Shown one piece after another: positions 39,823 through 51,142 of a stretch of 55,407 bases of DNA. The notes below the pieces were generated by a model. The model was given only the letters and a program-made list of their open reading frames with translations. It had not been told where the DNA came from and did no database searches. Both the position numbers and the translations under genes were made by a program. The first letter of the stretch is position 1. Each line of letters opens with the position of its first letter. The stretch comes from an uncultured virus (IMG/VR IMGVR_UViG_2049941000_000602) (Duplodnaviria > Heunggongvirae > Uroviricota > Caudoviricetes), in IMG/VR virus record IMGVR_UViG_2049941000_000602. The stretch is one strand, 5' to 3'.

Positions 39823-40925
39823 TTATCTTGGTTTGCCAAATGGTTTCCTGATAGGTTTGCATCGGCTCCACTGGTTTGTCTCAGCTAGCAACCTGTTTCC
39901 ATCAATGTGCTCGGCAAACAGTGAGGGCCACGGTCTCCTTACTCGCGGCAGCAGAATAGGGGCTTTTGCACGTTCTTCCGCAAGCTTCGCCTCGTCATCT
40001 TCCCGTTTCCACCGAGCAATTATCTCATCAGGCACCTGCAGAAAGGGTACTACTTCCACCTCGTAAGAAATCGGGACATGTTCATGTTCGCACCGGTCAA
40101 GATATGAAATTTCGTGCGCGAGCTCGCTACGACTTCTGAAGTAGCCAACTTGCCATTTCCTGGTTGGATAGATTTTAAACAGGCGATACACTGTAGTTGT
40201 ATCCGGTAGATGAGGGATATCATCCAACGACCTTGGCCGCAACAAGCAGTTTCCTTGTACTCCAAAGTCGCCATACATTTGCAAGAAACAGTCTACTGGG
40301 TTCATGTTTGNNNNNNNNNNGATTTCCTCTTGATTCATCGTACTGAAGGTTTCCATCTCAGCATCTTCTTTTTGCTTCTATGATTTGCTCACGGGCAAAT
40401 CCTTTTTCGTCCCAGTATTCAGATAGATATCTGACAGTATCTACTTCAGTAGCGGACGCATTGAAACTCGGACCATTCGTTTGTCTTCCGTGGCTCGAGT
40501 TTATGGCGGAATTGAGTAATTGCATCCATTGCTTGGCCACGTCCGATTTAGTCATCATCTCTTTTCCTTTCCGTTTCATTATACAAGAGTGTTTCGATGG
40601 GTTTCACTTGTAAACTTCTCGATAGTCATTTCCTCGTAACTTGGTTTTAATGCCATATATATTTAGTCTCCTCGATTGGAATCGGATTGGTGATATCGCC
40701 GAACCAGGGCTTGTTGTTTGCGGGATGGATTCGTGCTTCCAGGCACAGCCAGGTGGCCTTCTCCCATTCCTCCTGGGTCATCTTGTAGCCTTCCGGGGGA
40801 GTCCGGGGGCACCTGAAAATGACGTTCCTGTCCGGGTCGTCCGGGTACCAGTACTCGTCGTTCCCGTCCTCGCAGAAGGTTACACCCAGGTCAAGCGGGC
40901 TGTTGTATCGTGCGTACTTGCTCAT
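39823..40925 (-). CDS. Cluster of small hypothetical genes (39823..40356, 40358..40579, 40647..40925)
   Basis: Packed minus-strand ORFs downstream of TTGCTATATTTG at 40991..41002. Confidence 0.55.
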
Positions 40926-41014
40926 GGTCCAGTAACCTTCCTTACAGTAAGGATTGCCTTCCTTCGTATTCAATGTATGTTCTCATACTACAAATATAGC
41001 AAAAGTGACACCGC

Positions 41015-43293
41015 TCAGCTAACCTTGAAGTTGAGTATACTGGCAATGCCACCGTGCTTCCGCAGTGCCCGGTCGATTTCCCGTTCGGATAGATGGACGG
41101 CCGTATTGAACAGACGCAATATATCGAACAGGTGCCCGTTCTTCTTGTCCAGTGCGTTTATCCAGTCTGCACTGGAGAGCACGGTCGCAACGAACTTCTT
41201 GAATCCATCATCACCGAGTACGCGAGTTACCGTGGCTGCTATGTGTTTAGCACATTTGAATACATAGTACCCATTCCCGTCGACCGCGTAGCCATTCTTG
41301 AGAAATGCATCATAGTCGAACATGGACAGGTACATGTGCCGCGCATGTCCTATTCGCCTTTTGCGCTTAGGCTCGATGGCGATGCTGCTCATGCCGAAGG
41401 CGTGACCGTGCTTGTCCATGATAATCGCCTTGCATTTGGATATTTTCCACGTCTTGGTCAAGCCCGATTTAGCCATCATCCCTCTCCTTTTCCATTTTCT
41501 TCTGCATTATTGGTCCTCCATGACAAGTTCGTCCTTACTGTCTGCCTTGGCATGCGACTTGGTTCTTTCCATCTGCACCAGCTTCTTGTACCCGTATCCC
41601 TTCTCTGTATAGTGCCGGTTCTCGGACTGGTGCAGCCCTCGGCCTATTGCGCGGCTGTCCTCGGCCTCCGTGAAGCCGTTCTCCTTCATGAATCGGTCGC
41701 GTTCCTCCCCTGTAAGGTCACGACTGGCCTTGTGGAGGTTGCGTAACTTCTTGAAGTATATGTCCTTGTGAGTACGACGCATGCTATTTCTCCGTCACTA
41801 GCGGGTCCCCGCACATGGGGCAGAACCTGGCTGGCAGCTCGGCGAACTCCCCGTTAGCGTTGCTGTAGAACACCAGCGAGCCGAAACCGTGGAAGTTTCC
41901 CTTCCGGTATATCCTGTATCCGTACCGGTTTTCGCCCGGGTCTTTCGGGTCAGGGTCCGGGATGCGGACAATCTTCTTTGGTTCCAATGATGGCTTGCAG
42001 TATTCACACGGCATATCTGTTTTTCTCCCATATTCAGTTCATCGGTTCGAAGAGGGTTATGCACAGGGAACCGTCTACCGGCTTCACGTCATATCCCATG
42101 CTGCGGTACACCTGCATGATGATGTAGAGGAGGTCGATTTCCTCCAGCTTGCAGCGGTGTTCCTGGCAGAACCATTCTACGGAACGGTTCCACCAGTTGC
42201 GGTTGATGAATACCCGGTGGTCATCGGTCACGATAAGCTTCCAGAACAGGATTTCACCTTCCAGGTTGGCGTAGTTGTATCTCCCGGTGCATTCCCGGAC
42301 GAAGTCGTGGATGAGCCAGTCCTTTACCTCGGCCATGCGTTCTTGGTAGAACGCGATGCGTTCCTCCTCGGTTGCCTTCTGTTTCTGCAGATAGAAGAAC
42401 GGGCTAATCATGGAAACCCCCCATGGGCGGGGTTGGGTCCTCCGGGTCATATGCATAATTCGCGGGGTGAAGACAGGCATCAAATGACTCTTGCTCGACT
42501 TTCTTGAGCCTATCATCGACCGGCTGGAGCAAGCGGTCATCAACTACGTCTTTCTTCCGCTCGTCTTCACGCTTCTTGCGTTCCCGTTCGAGATGGATAA
42601 GGTGGTCCCTCATCTCGCGCTTGCGGTAGAAGGAACGAATGAATTCCGCACCTTCCAGGAACCCCCGGGAATATCCGCGCTGGAACCCGGACATCTCGTT
42701 GGTGTCGCGGAACTTCTCGTGCTCCATCTCCTTGAGCGCCATGCGTTCGGCCGCGGCGTCGATTACCGGGGTATCCGGGGAACAGTCCACTTCGTTTAGC
42801 ATGCTCATCATGGTTCTCCTTATTCGATTGGCAATTCGTTCGTAGTACAATTCAAGATGACCTTCTGTTTTGCCGTATATAGAAGCCATACCATGATAAT
42901 CTCTGCACCCTGTGCCCGGAAATGCAGTGGCATGCGTCCGGATATGACGTACTTTTCAAGCATCTTCATCGCGCACTTTAGCACTTCAAACCGGTACTCC
43001 TGCTTATATAAGCGCCAGCGTGGCATCTGCATGGCCCACATCCAGTATCTTACGGCGTACCTGCGGAGCACACCGCGGAGTTCCCGGGGATTTCTCCTGG
43101 CGAGCATGCTGCTGACCATCCTGCTGTAGCGTCTGAACGGGCAGTGGTCTGGATTAAAGTGCGCCCAGCGTTCCCGTTCTGTCCCGTCCATTGCCGTATA
43201 CTTGCCAAGGAACACATGCACCTCTGGGTATGTCTGGAACGGGATGCCGCGAATCGTGGCGTCCCTGTAGTAGAATTTCGGCGAATCCGTCAT
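41015..43293 (-). CDS. Operon of hypothetical genes (41015..41479, 41507..41782, 41784..42014 zinc-finger-like, 42034..42411, 42404..42889, 42820..43293)
   Basis: Contiguous ORFs with RBS-like sites; CEYC..FCPMCG in the 76-aa ORF. Confidence 0.6.
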
Positions 43294-43697
43294 TACTTGG
43301 ACTCCTTCGCGGGGGCGATGTAGTAGACGGCATAGCGCTTCCCGGTGTTCTCGTCCTTCTTCATGGTCATCTCGATGGCCATGCCCTTCTTCTTCAGGTC
43401 GAAAATCTGGGCACCGAGACGGAAGCAGCCGAACTTCTCCAGGGCTTCCAGGGGCGTAATCGAGTTGCCTGCCTCGAGGTATTCCCTGATGTGCTGCTGC
43501 TGGGTCTTGGGCGAGCTGTGGTCGATTTGCCAGTCTGGGTGGATGCCCTTGACCTTCCTGTTGTCCTCGGCGAGGCAGATTTCCATGCACTTCCCGTCCA
43601 CCACGGTGGCCTTTGTAACCTTGAGCTTCCGGCCGTTCATGGTGAAGCGGAGTTCGGATATGTCGTTGTCCCGCATTTCCTGCATAAAGTCAATCAT
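43293..43697 (-). CDS. Winged helix-turn-helix DNA-binding protein
   Basis: TQ..I.EYL..GNSITPLEALEKFGCFRLGAQIFDLKKKG (HTH_39-like). Confidence 0.8.
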   Translation of the reverse strand: MIDFMQEMRDNDISELRFTMNGRKLKVTKATVVDGKCMEICLAEDNRKVKGIHPDWQIDHSSPKTQQQHIREYLEAGNSITPLEALEKFGCFRLGAQIFDLKKKGMAIEMTMKKDENTGKRYAVYYIAPAKESK

Positions 43698-43724
43698 AAT
43701 TGCGTTCCTTATTGTCTTGTACTG

Positions 43725-43763
43725 CAAATATAGCAAATTCATGCGGAAAAATTGCTATATTTG
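43725..43763. promoter_or_regulatory. Divergent pair of TTGCTATATTTG motifs
   Basis: 43725..43736 (-) and 43752..43763 (+) at a strand switch. Confidence 0.8.
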
Positions 43764-43770
43764 GAGTACT

Positions 43771-44094
43771 ATGAGCAAGTCCATTAAAAAGACAGTCGCC
43801 GTGCCGAAGTTCTACCGTGACCTCGGCGAGGAAGCGGTGGAATCGTACCTCCGCAGGAAATCCAGTAAAGAGCCTACCGGCCATTTCAGCCGCACGCTAG
43901 GGAAATACAAGTACGTATTCTGGAATACCGGGCGTGACGAAGCCGGGAACGACTTCCAGATGCAACCCGTAGTCGACTCTCTTATCAAGAAAATACAGCA
44001 TGTCGCGGCAGAACACGGGGTTACCGACTTTCCGGTATCGCGCGGCCTGTCAATAAGGTCAATCAACAAACCGTGGATACCCGGGAGAAATTAA
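43771..44094 (+). CDS. Hypothetical basic protein
   Basis: ATG 7 nt after the promoter motif. Confidence 0.65.
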   Translation: MSKSIKKTVAVPKFYRDLGEEAVESYLRRKSSKEPTGHFSRTLGKYKYVFWNTGRDEAGNDFQMQPVVDSLIKKIQHVAAEHGVTDFPVSRGLSIRSINKPWIPGRN

Positions 44095-44095
44095 T

Positions 44096-44436
44096 ATGTT
44101 CTACGTAGCAAAACTCACCCCGGAGAAGGACGGCGGATATTCCGTGACCTTCCCGGACAAAGGAAGGCCAAGGAACGGCNNNNNNNNNNNNNNNNNNNNN
44201 NNNNNNNNNNNNNNNNNNNNNNNNNNNNNNNNNNNNNNNNNNNNNNNNTCGAGCTCGTCCTCGAGGAATACACGGGCGGGCGTCCCCTTCCCGACCCGGA
44301 CACCGACGAGGACAAGGAAAACGGGCTGTACCCCGTGTTCGTCAACGCCAGGCTGGCGAAGGAACTACTGGACAGGTACAAAATCGAATCAATCAAGACG
44401 CTCGAGAAACTCGACGAGCTGGGGTTCTTTGGCTAG
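44096..44436 (+). CDS. HicB-like antitoxin-fold protein (gap inside)
   Basis: YVAKLTPEKDGGYSVTFPD...LVLEEY..GRPLPDP. Confidence 0.7.
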
Positions 44437-44451
44437 CGTACAGGAGGAACA

Positions 44452-45360
44452 ATGTTCGGATTATTCAAGAAACTACCCAGTGACCCGGTAAACGCGCTCA
44501 TCGACCAATTGTGCGAGGGACGCCTGGACAACCGCTTCCGCTGCATCAATTATTTCCGCAATATATCCTACAACATGAATGACTCGTGTATCACGAGGGA
44601 CTGGACAGAGATAGTCTCTACCATAGGGACGATTCTAGTCGACGGAGTTGGGCGACTGGCCGACCATTTCTTGATTCAGAAGGATGGGGTCCCTGTATTT
44701 GATTCCAGGTACGGCACATCATGGCGTTGCGTGATATCGGACGAGACTTTGCTTACCGGGCCGTTGTTCGATATCAAGGATGGCACCTACCATGTCCCCT
44801 TTAGCGTTATGGGCAGTTACATACAATCAAAGAGTCTGGCAGAGCAGTTACGCTGTACCGGGTACAAGTTCACCCTGCATGATTCAAGCGACATTAAGCA
44901 TGTTGCTGAAATTGCGGCACAGATGGTAAACAAGATTAAGAGGGCCAACCGCCTACTTACCGATTCGCCACTAGTAGTGCGGGAATACTGCTACGTCGAC
45001 TTCAACGCTGGCCGCGTGCTGTTCCAGAAGGTAACGCCGGAACGTGTCGATGCCATATACGACGCGCTTGTGGCAAGCGACGGTGGGGCCAAACCGGAAT
45101 TCATTGACGAGTACCGTAAATACATCATCCGGGAGCTTGCGCTAAAGAGTCAGTCCACTCCGTCATATGCACAGATGGATATTGAATATGACTGGCCGGA
45201 AGTCACCGTACCGGTATACCCGGATTTTGCCGATGAACAGATGGAATCCATCAAGGCTAAACGTGCGGCGGACGAAGCCCGCAAGGCTCGTGACGCGATG
45301 AACGCGAAGTACAAGAAAGTCATCGACGAAATTAGCAGCTGCCGTACTGACTTAAGCTAA
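44452..45360 (+). CDS. Hypothetical protein
   Basis: AGGAGG RBS; intact 302-aa ORF. Confidence 0.75.
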   Translation: MFGLFKKLPSDPVNALIDQLCEGRLDNRFRCINYFRNISYNMNDSCITRDWTEIVSTIGTILVDGVGRLADHFLIQKDGVPVFDSRYGTSWRCVISDETLLTGPLFDIKDGTYHVPFSVMGSYIQSKSLAEQLRCTGYKFTLHDSSDIKHVAEIAAQMVNKIKRANRLLTDSPLVVREYCYVDFNAGRVLFQKVTPERVDAIYDALVASDGGAKPEFIDEYRKYIIRELALKSQSTPSYAQMDIEYDWPEVTVPVYPDFADEQMESIKAKRAADEARKARDAMNAKYKKVIDEISSCRTDLS

Positions 45361-45378
45361 TCACGGAGGAACTTCAGC

Positions 45379-45549
45379 ATGGGCCAAGACAAGTATCTCA
45401 TATCGTACGACTGGAGAAACCCGATGGGCACATACGTGTTCTGCGAGAACTGGTCGACCAACTCACTGGTAAAATTCATCTGCAAGTTCATCTATCTCTC
45501 GTTCAAGTACGAGGTAATAGACGTGCAGTACAGGAACTTCAAGGACTAG
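45379..45549 (+). CDS. 56-aa hypothetical protein (not in the ORF track)
   Basis: GGAGG RBS; fills the intergenic space exactly. Confidence 0.6.
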   Translation: MGQDKYLISYDWRNPMGTYVFCENWSTNSLVKFICKFIYLSFKYEVIDVQYRNFKD

Positions 45550-45551
45550 CA

Positions 45552-46502
45552 ATGTACATAGAAACCGCGCTTAAAAGACTCAACGCGTTCCATCAGGATA
45601 CCCGAAGCGACGTACGCTTTTCTTTCCCCACTACCTACATGGACGAGCCGTACGCCGCGTACAGCTGGGGGGAAATCCTGCAGCTCGCGGCGTGCTATCC
45701 CCATGCCACGGACAGGGATAGCAAAGGGAATGACATTATATATGTCCGGGAACTCGGAATTATCATATGCCCGGCAAAGCGCACAATCATCGAAAGCAAG
45801 GACGGCTACATGCTGGTCACCCAGTTCCACGGGAAGACCAGCCTTCCGCTGTTCATCCTGTCAACCGAGGACGGCGAGATGGTCTACACCAGGATGCCCG
45901 GGGATATTTCCGTAAGGCGTACGGACGACGTAGTGGTTGAAGGCGTCGTCGTGGAGGAATGGTATTTCAAGGGGGCTACCGGGAGACGGCCTAAGTCGCT
46001 CAAGCAGGCATACTTCATTGAAGATATGCCGAGCGGTAATCATAACCGAACCAAGGTAGGCAAGGTTACCATCACATACACAACCGAGCACAACCAGGTC
46101 ATTGAAGAAGGCATCGTCACCTACAGTAAGGGATGCTGTTCGGAATATGACTACTCCAGGGAAAGCTATTCCGTGTTCGCCAATGACTCGCTTATCGTGA
46201 GACATCAGCCCGGAAACCGGGTGGTGTGCCTACTTGACGATAAGGGCGTAGTAAGAAAGACGTACGACGGTGAATTCCTGACAATCGTCAAGTGGTTCGA
46301 TGAGTCAGGCAAACCAATATACAAGGGTAAATTCGACTTCATCACTCATTTATTCGAGCTGAAGACCAGCGAGGTAGACAATGCCTTGCGCAGAAGCGGC
46401 GCAAGCGAGTTCGATGACAGGTATCCGTCGATTGATTCAAAGTTCTCACTGAAGTGCTGCCCGGCGTTCCCGGTTCCGGCAAAGGAGAAAGCAAGTGTTT
46501 AA
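45552..46502 (+). CDS. Hypothetical protein
   Basis: Intact 316-aa ORF. Confidence 0.75.
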   Translation: MYIETALKRLNAFHQDTRSDVRFSFPTTYMDEPYAAYSWGEILQLAACYPHATDRDSKGNDIIYVRELGIIICPAKRTIIESKDGYMLVTQFHGKTSLPLFILSTEDGEMVYTRMPGDISVRRTDDVVVEGVVVEEWYFKGATGRRPKSLKQAYFIEDMPSGNHNRTKVGKVTITYTTEHNQVIEEGIVTYSKGCCSEYDYSRESYSVFANDSLIVRHQPGNRVVCLLDDKGVVRKTYDGEFLTIVKWFDESGKPIYKGKFDFITHLFELKTSEVDNALRRSGASEFDDRYPSIDSKFSLKCCPAFPVPAKEKASV

Positions 46503-46937
46503 AGGAAAGACCGCATCAGAACCGGGCATAATCTACTGCCCTTACAGGAAGCCTTCCATTTTCCGCAGGTTCATCAAGTGGATTAAGGGAAAGTTCACGA
46601 AGCGCAGNNNNNNNNNNNNNNNNNNNNNNNNNNNNNNNNNNNNNNNNNNNNNNNNNNNNNNNNNNNNNNNNNNNNNNNNNNNNNNNNNNNNNNNNNNNNN
46701 NNNNNNNNNNNNNNNNNNNNNNNNNNNNNNNNNNNNNNNNNNNNNNNNNNNNNNNNNNNNNNNNNNNNNNNNNNNNNNNNNNNNNNNNGGAAGCTCATGA
46801 ACCTCCGCGGGTTCGAAGGTGATTATCCGATATTCGAGAACTCCCTGGAAACCGCGGTAGGCGTCGTCGACCACTTCCGCTTCGACGGCAACAANNNNNN
46901 NNNNTTACCACCTGGAAGCGTTTGACTTGACGAGGAA

Positions 46938-47706
46938 ATGACAATGAGTGAACTACATATTCCCGAAGACCGCATACAGTCCCAGGTCTGGCCACAGCTC
47001 GAAATCCTGGTTTCCTGCATCAACCGGCACGCGCACGAGTTCAATACGTTCGCCATGGTAGAACGCATAGCCGACGAAATCACGTTCGAGTTCGACCGTC
47101 GCCGGGTCGGACCGGTATTGTCCGGGGAGTGCGATATCCGCAAAGCGGCGGAATGCTTTGTCGCATTGTGCCTCAGGAAGCAGCTTGCGCCGGANNNNNN
47201 NNNNCTACCATCTGGAAGCGTTTGACCTGACTAGGAAATGACAATGAGTGAACTTCATATTCCCGAAGACCGCATACAGTCCCAGGTCTGGCCACAGCTC
47301 AACATCCTGGTTTCCTGCATCAACCGGCACGCGCACGAGTTCAATACGTTCGCNNNNNNNNNNGGATGAAATCACGTTCGAGTTCGACCGTCTCCGGGTT
47401 GGACCGGTACTGTCCGGGGAGTGCGATATCCGCAAGGCGGCGGAATGCTTTGTCGCATTGTGCCTCAGGAAGCAGCTTGCGCCGGATGACAGCATGGTAG
47501 ACCGTTTCATGGACACGAACCTGGATGTTCACTGTGAACGGGTACCATATTCAAAGGACTACTACAAGTACGACCAGTATATCACGTTCGAGTCAAAGGA
47601 AGCGCTCCGGGTGCTAACATCGTTCAGCGCATCCGAACTGGAGGACGGCATCGGGTTTCCCGGGCATACCGGCGTAAGAATCGGCGTGCACCCGAGAATA
47701 GGATAG
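46938..47706 (+). CDS. Hypothetical protein (two alleles co-assembled)
   Basis: 46906..47194 is repeated at 47206..47490 across gaps. Confidence 0.55.
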
Positions 47707-47711
47707 TATTT

Positions 47712-48845
47712 ATGCCAAAGCAGATAGGTATCACCGAAACTTACGACCCGTGCTTCGTTCCCGACTGGGAGACAAGACTCCTGGACGCGAANNNNNNNNN
47801 NACGCAGGACCGGGTCATCTTCCATCACACGGTAACCGGTCAGGGCGGAACCGTCCTCGAACCAAACGTCAAGACACCGGAACACGAGTTCGAACAGTAC
47901 CGGAAGCTCCTGGANNNNNNNNNNNNNNNNNNNNNNNNNNNNNNNNNNNNNNNNNNNNNNNNNNNNNNNNNNNNNNNNNNNNNNNNNNNNNNNNNCGACC
48001 CCATCATCCTGTGGTCCAAGGAAACACAGGACAACGTCATCAAGGTGCTCGAATTGTGGAATTCCGTGGCGACTGCATCAAGGAACTACATTAGGTGCCG
48101 GGTGTCCGTAGTCGACCTGTATCCCCACGTGAAGGCCCGCCTGGAAGCCGCCGGGGTTTCCGTGTTCTACGACACGTTCACCGCTCCAGACGCGGTGTTC
48201 AGGAGGGTAGAGAAAATCCTCTCCCCCTATTCGGCCACGCCGGACAAGTCCGGGTTCTTCTTCGAGTGCTGCGCGGAAACCAAGCTCCCGTCGTCCCTGG
48301 TTACCCAGCAGGGTTGCGCCAGCTACCGGGACCTGGAACTCCTGGGACTCCCGGAATCGGAGTGCACCACCTACGGCCGCCCGGAAAAGAAGCAGCGCGG
48401 CGACTGCATGTGCCTGGCCAAGAAGCAGATTCTCGGGGTGAAGCCCGGGAGGTGCCCGCACGGATGCCTGTACTGCTTCTGGAAGGACAGCGCGGCCCAG
48501 CCGGACGTCATCGTCCTGGACTGCCTGGACGGGAAGCTGAATTTCACCAGGAAGGCATACGAAGAGTCCGGACTGGTACGGGACCTCATCGACAACCGGA
48601 AAGACTGGATTTCCAGGAACACGATGCGCGNNNNNNNNNNGTGCCTATACTGCTTCTGGAAGGACAGCGAGGCCCAGCCGGGCGTCATCGTCCTGGACTG
48701 CCTGGACGGGAAGATGAATTTCGCCAGGAAGGCATACGAAGAGTCCGGACTGGTACGGGACTTAATCGACAACCGGAAAGACTGGATTTCCAGGAACACG
48801 ATGCGCGATGTTGCCGATGAACTGGAAGAACTGTACATGAAGTGA
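47712..48845 (+). CDS. DUF1848-like (radical-SAM/SPL-related) Fe-S protein
   Basis: TVTG.GG..LEPNV, DPII, CCAE, QRGDCMC and CPHGCLYCFW; C-terminus duplicated across a gap. Confidence 0.7.
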   Translation: MPKQIGITETYDPCFVPDWETRLLDAXXXXTQDRVIFHHTVTGQGGTVLEPNVKTPEHEFEQYRKLLXXXXXXXXXXXXXXXXXXXXXXXXXXXXDPIILWSKETQDNVIKVLELWNSVATASRNYIRCRVSVVDLYPHVKARLEAAGVSVFYDTFTAPDAVFRRVEKILSPYSATPDKSGFFFECCAETKLPSSLVTQQGCASYRDLELLGLPESECTTYGRPEKKQRGDCMCLAKKQILGVKPGRCPHGCLYCFWKDSAAQPDVIVLDCLDGKLNFTRKAYEESGLVRDLIDNRKDWISRNTMRXXXXCLYCFWKDSEAQPGVIVLDCLDGKMNFARKAYEESGLVRDLIDNRKDWISRNTMRDVADELEELYMK

Positions 48846-49260
48846 GGTAGTGGCGTGACGAACAAGATATTGCGCGGGGAACTGGAAAACGACTCGATAG
48901 AGCATTTCCACGACCCGTCGACACCGAAACACAACAGGGGGCGCAAGAGGTTGCGCCGCTCAATCAAGCGAAAGGAAGCGCACGAGGCTATGCGCTACGA
49001 GGAATCAGCACAAGGATANNNNNNNNNNCATTCACCAGGGTAGCGTACGTAATCAGCGCCTGCCACCCGGAAAACCATAAACGCGAATTCTTTGCCGTTC
49101 TTGAATTCGGCAATTTCACCAGGGACATTTCCAAGGCAACAAAATACCGCACATTCACCGAAGCCCTCGACAATGTCGACGTCCTGAAGAAAAGCAGCCT
49201 TGAAAATATCCAGATACACGAGCTAAATACAACCATGAGCATCGGAAGGACGGTAACCAC

Positions 49261-49920
49261 ATGAGTTTCATTGACGACATCAAGAAGAAACAGAAAGAAT
49301 TCGAAAACCACCCGCTTCCCAATGAGGAGCTCTACTCGGCAGTCCAGAAGGTCAAGGACTATATCACCAAGCTGACCGACGACCCGTACAACTGCAGGGT
49401 CACCGAAGTGACCCTCAAGTACGAGGCCATCAACGACGGCAAGGGCACCTGCAAGTTCTGGATTGATGACGACAGTAAGCGCATATTGTTCAACATGACG
49501 GTTCCACAGTTCTATGTACTGAAGGATACCCTGTGGAAAGAGGGGTTTAGATATTCTGGCGAATATGGTCCACGCGACGGCTATTGCCATCTCAGGTGGT
49601 AACCGATGAGCCAGCGCCGGTGTTTCCTTTGTGGCCAGAAGATTCGTCCAGGTGCCGGATACCGCCTGGGGAAGCACGGGTATGCTTCCGACAAGATTGC
49701 CGAATCCCACCTGTTCCATAATGCCGGGTGTGCCAACGTCTGGATGATATGGCACGGGCATCATCGGAGATGGAACGGTATCCGCTGGTCGTTGCACCGT
49801 GAACGGATGCGCAAGTACGACATAATAATGGACTTCGCAACCAACTTCATCAACCAGCAGCGGCCGCTGCCTGACGACGACATGCAAATCCTTGAGGAAA
49901 ACTTATGGAGTCTCGTATGA
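49261..49920 (+). CDS. Two hypothetical genes (49261..49602; 49606..49920 with CxxC..H..C)
   Basis: Intact packed ORFs. Confidence 0.6.
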
Positions 49921-50414
49921 AAAGCGTAAAGATTGCCCTGTACATATCGTTGGTACTATGGTTCGCCAGGAAAATCCTGGATAAGCTCCGGGGAAACTAC
50001 CGGACATGCCGGGGAAGCCTACGGAGATTACCGGGGCAACCCGGATACGACCTCTACTTCGACTCAGTCTACCAAATGGAGCTGGGGATGGTAATGTNNN
50101 NNNNNNNNNNNNNNNNNNNNNNNNNNNNNNNNNNTGTCGATACGGGACCCCTCCTGTACCACGTGAAAGGCGGACCTTATGATATATGCAGGCGCGATGC
50201 CGACAGAATCATGGCCGACAAAAGATTTCCGCGGTATAACCGCAATATCAACGGGCTACGGCTGAAGTTAATCTTCCTTTCCGCGGGGCATTTCGACAAG
50301 GAATCCCTGAAGTCGACGACGGTACCCGACTGCCTGAAGGGAACCTGGTTGTTCGACGAGGCGAAATCGCTGTGCGACGAGGGAATCGCCTACATGGACA
50401 GGCTGTTCAAGTGA
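49917..50414 (+). CDS. Hypothetical protein with N-terminal anchor helix
   Basis: MKSVKIALYISLVLWFARKILDK; GGAG RBS. Confidence 0.6.
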   Translation: MKSVKIALYISLVLWFARKILDKLRGNYRTCRGSLRRLPGQPGYDLYFDSVYQMELGMVMXXXXXXXXXXXXXVDTGPLLYHVKGGPYDICRRDADRIMADKRFPRYNRNINGLRLKLIFLSAGHFDKESLKSTTVPDCLKGTWLFDEAKSLCDEGIAYMDRLFK

Positions 50415-50420
50415 TGTTTT

Positions 50421-50432
50421 TTGCTATATTTG
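50421..50432 (+). promoter_or_regulatory. TTGCTATATTTG promoter-like motif
   Basis: Intergenic, before ATG 50454. Confidence 0.75.
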
Positions 50433-50453
50433 GATTATTGAGAAGAGGCGAAG

Positions 50454-51142
50454 ATGGCAGATATAACAAAGGCAGATTTCTACGAGGCTGCGGAGAAGTT
50501 CTTCCCGGAGCACGACATCGTGTTCGAGAAGTCGTATATTTCTGACCGGCAGTTCACCAACTGTATGGTCGGTGAACGGCTGGTTATGCGATACTGCCCC
50601 CCGCTAGAGAAATACGAGATGCCGACGAATATCATCGTATTTACCAAGGACATGAAGCCCCTCGACTGCATCACCAGAGAGGACTTGATTACTATACTAA
50701 CCAACGGAATTGAAATGGGTAAGATATGATTAGGCAGACGTTTTCTTGGACTAGGGAAAGCTACGACCAGAACTATCCAGACTGGATACTTGCCCTGATA
50801 AAGCGCGGCAAGATAACCCCGGAGCCGGAACAGTTGCGCCTATGGGTCGAAAAACCGGACGGCGGCGCAGTAGATTGCTATACCGGCGATACGATTGTCT
50901 ATATACTCGAGGGCAACCGGGAATATCTCAACGTTATAGAAGGCACTCTTTTAGCGGACCTCGATAAGGCACAGGTTAAACTCAACAGCATTGCCGGAAA
51001 GAATGTATTCTCTGCAATAGACACCCTCGGGAAATGGCTTAAGGTAAACCGTGGAGGCCCTCTTGATGGATTCGGGGCCGAACGGGTGAATTCAATACTT
51101 TACGGGCTGGCCGACCTCAAGAAATGGCTAGGAGAAAAATGA
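50454..51142 (+). CDS. Two hypothetical genes (50454..50729, 50726..51142)
   Basis: ATGA overlaps. Confidence 0.65.

Noticed and set aside
3458..48810. Many near-identical tandem duplications (e.g. 5455/5624, 6025/6354, 8480/9451, 13180/13429, 15665/17743, 20181/20261, 36697/36798, 46906/47206, 48466/48641)
   Set aside because: Each abuts an N gap and differs by scattered SNPs, so these are most likely assembly bubbles from strain variation rather than genomic repeats
4661..50432. Recurring 12-mer as a CRISPR repeat or att site
   Set aside because: Dispersed, short and always oriented into a gene start; no spacer periodicity and no cas or integrase genes
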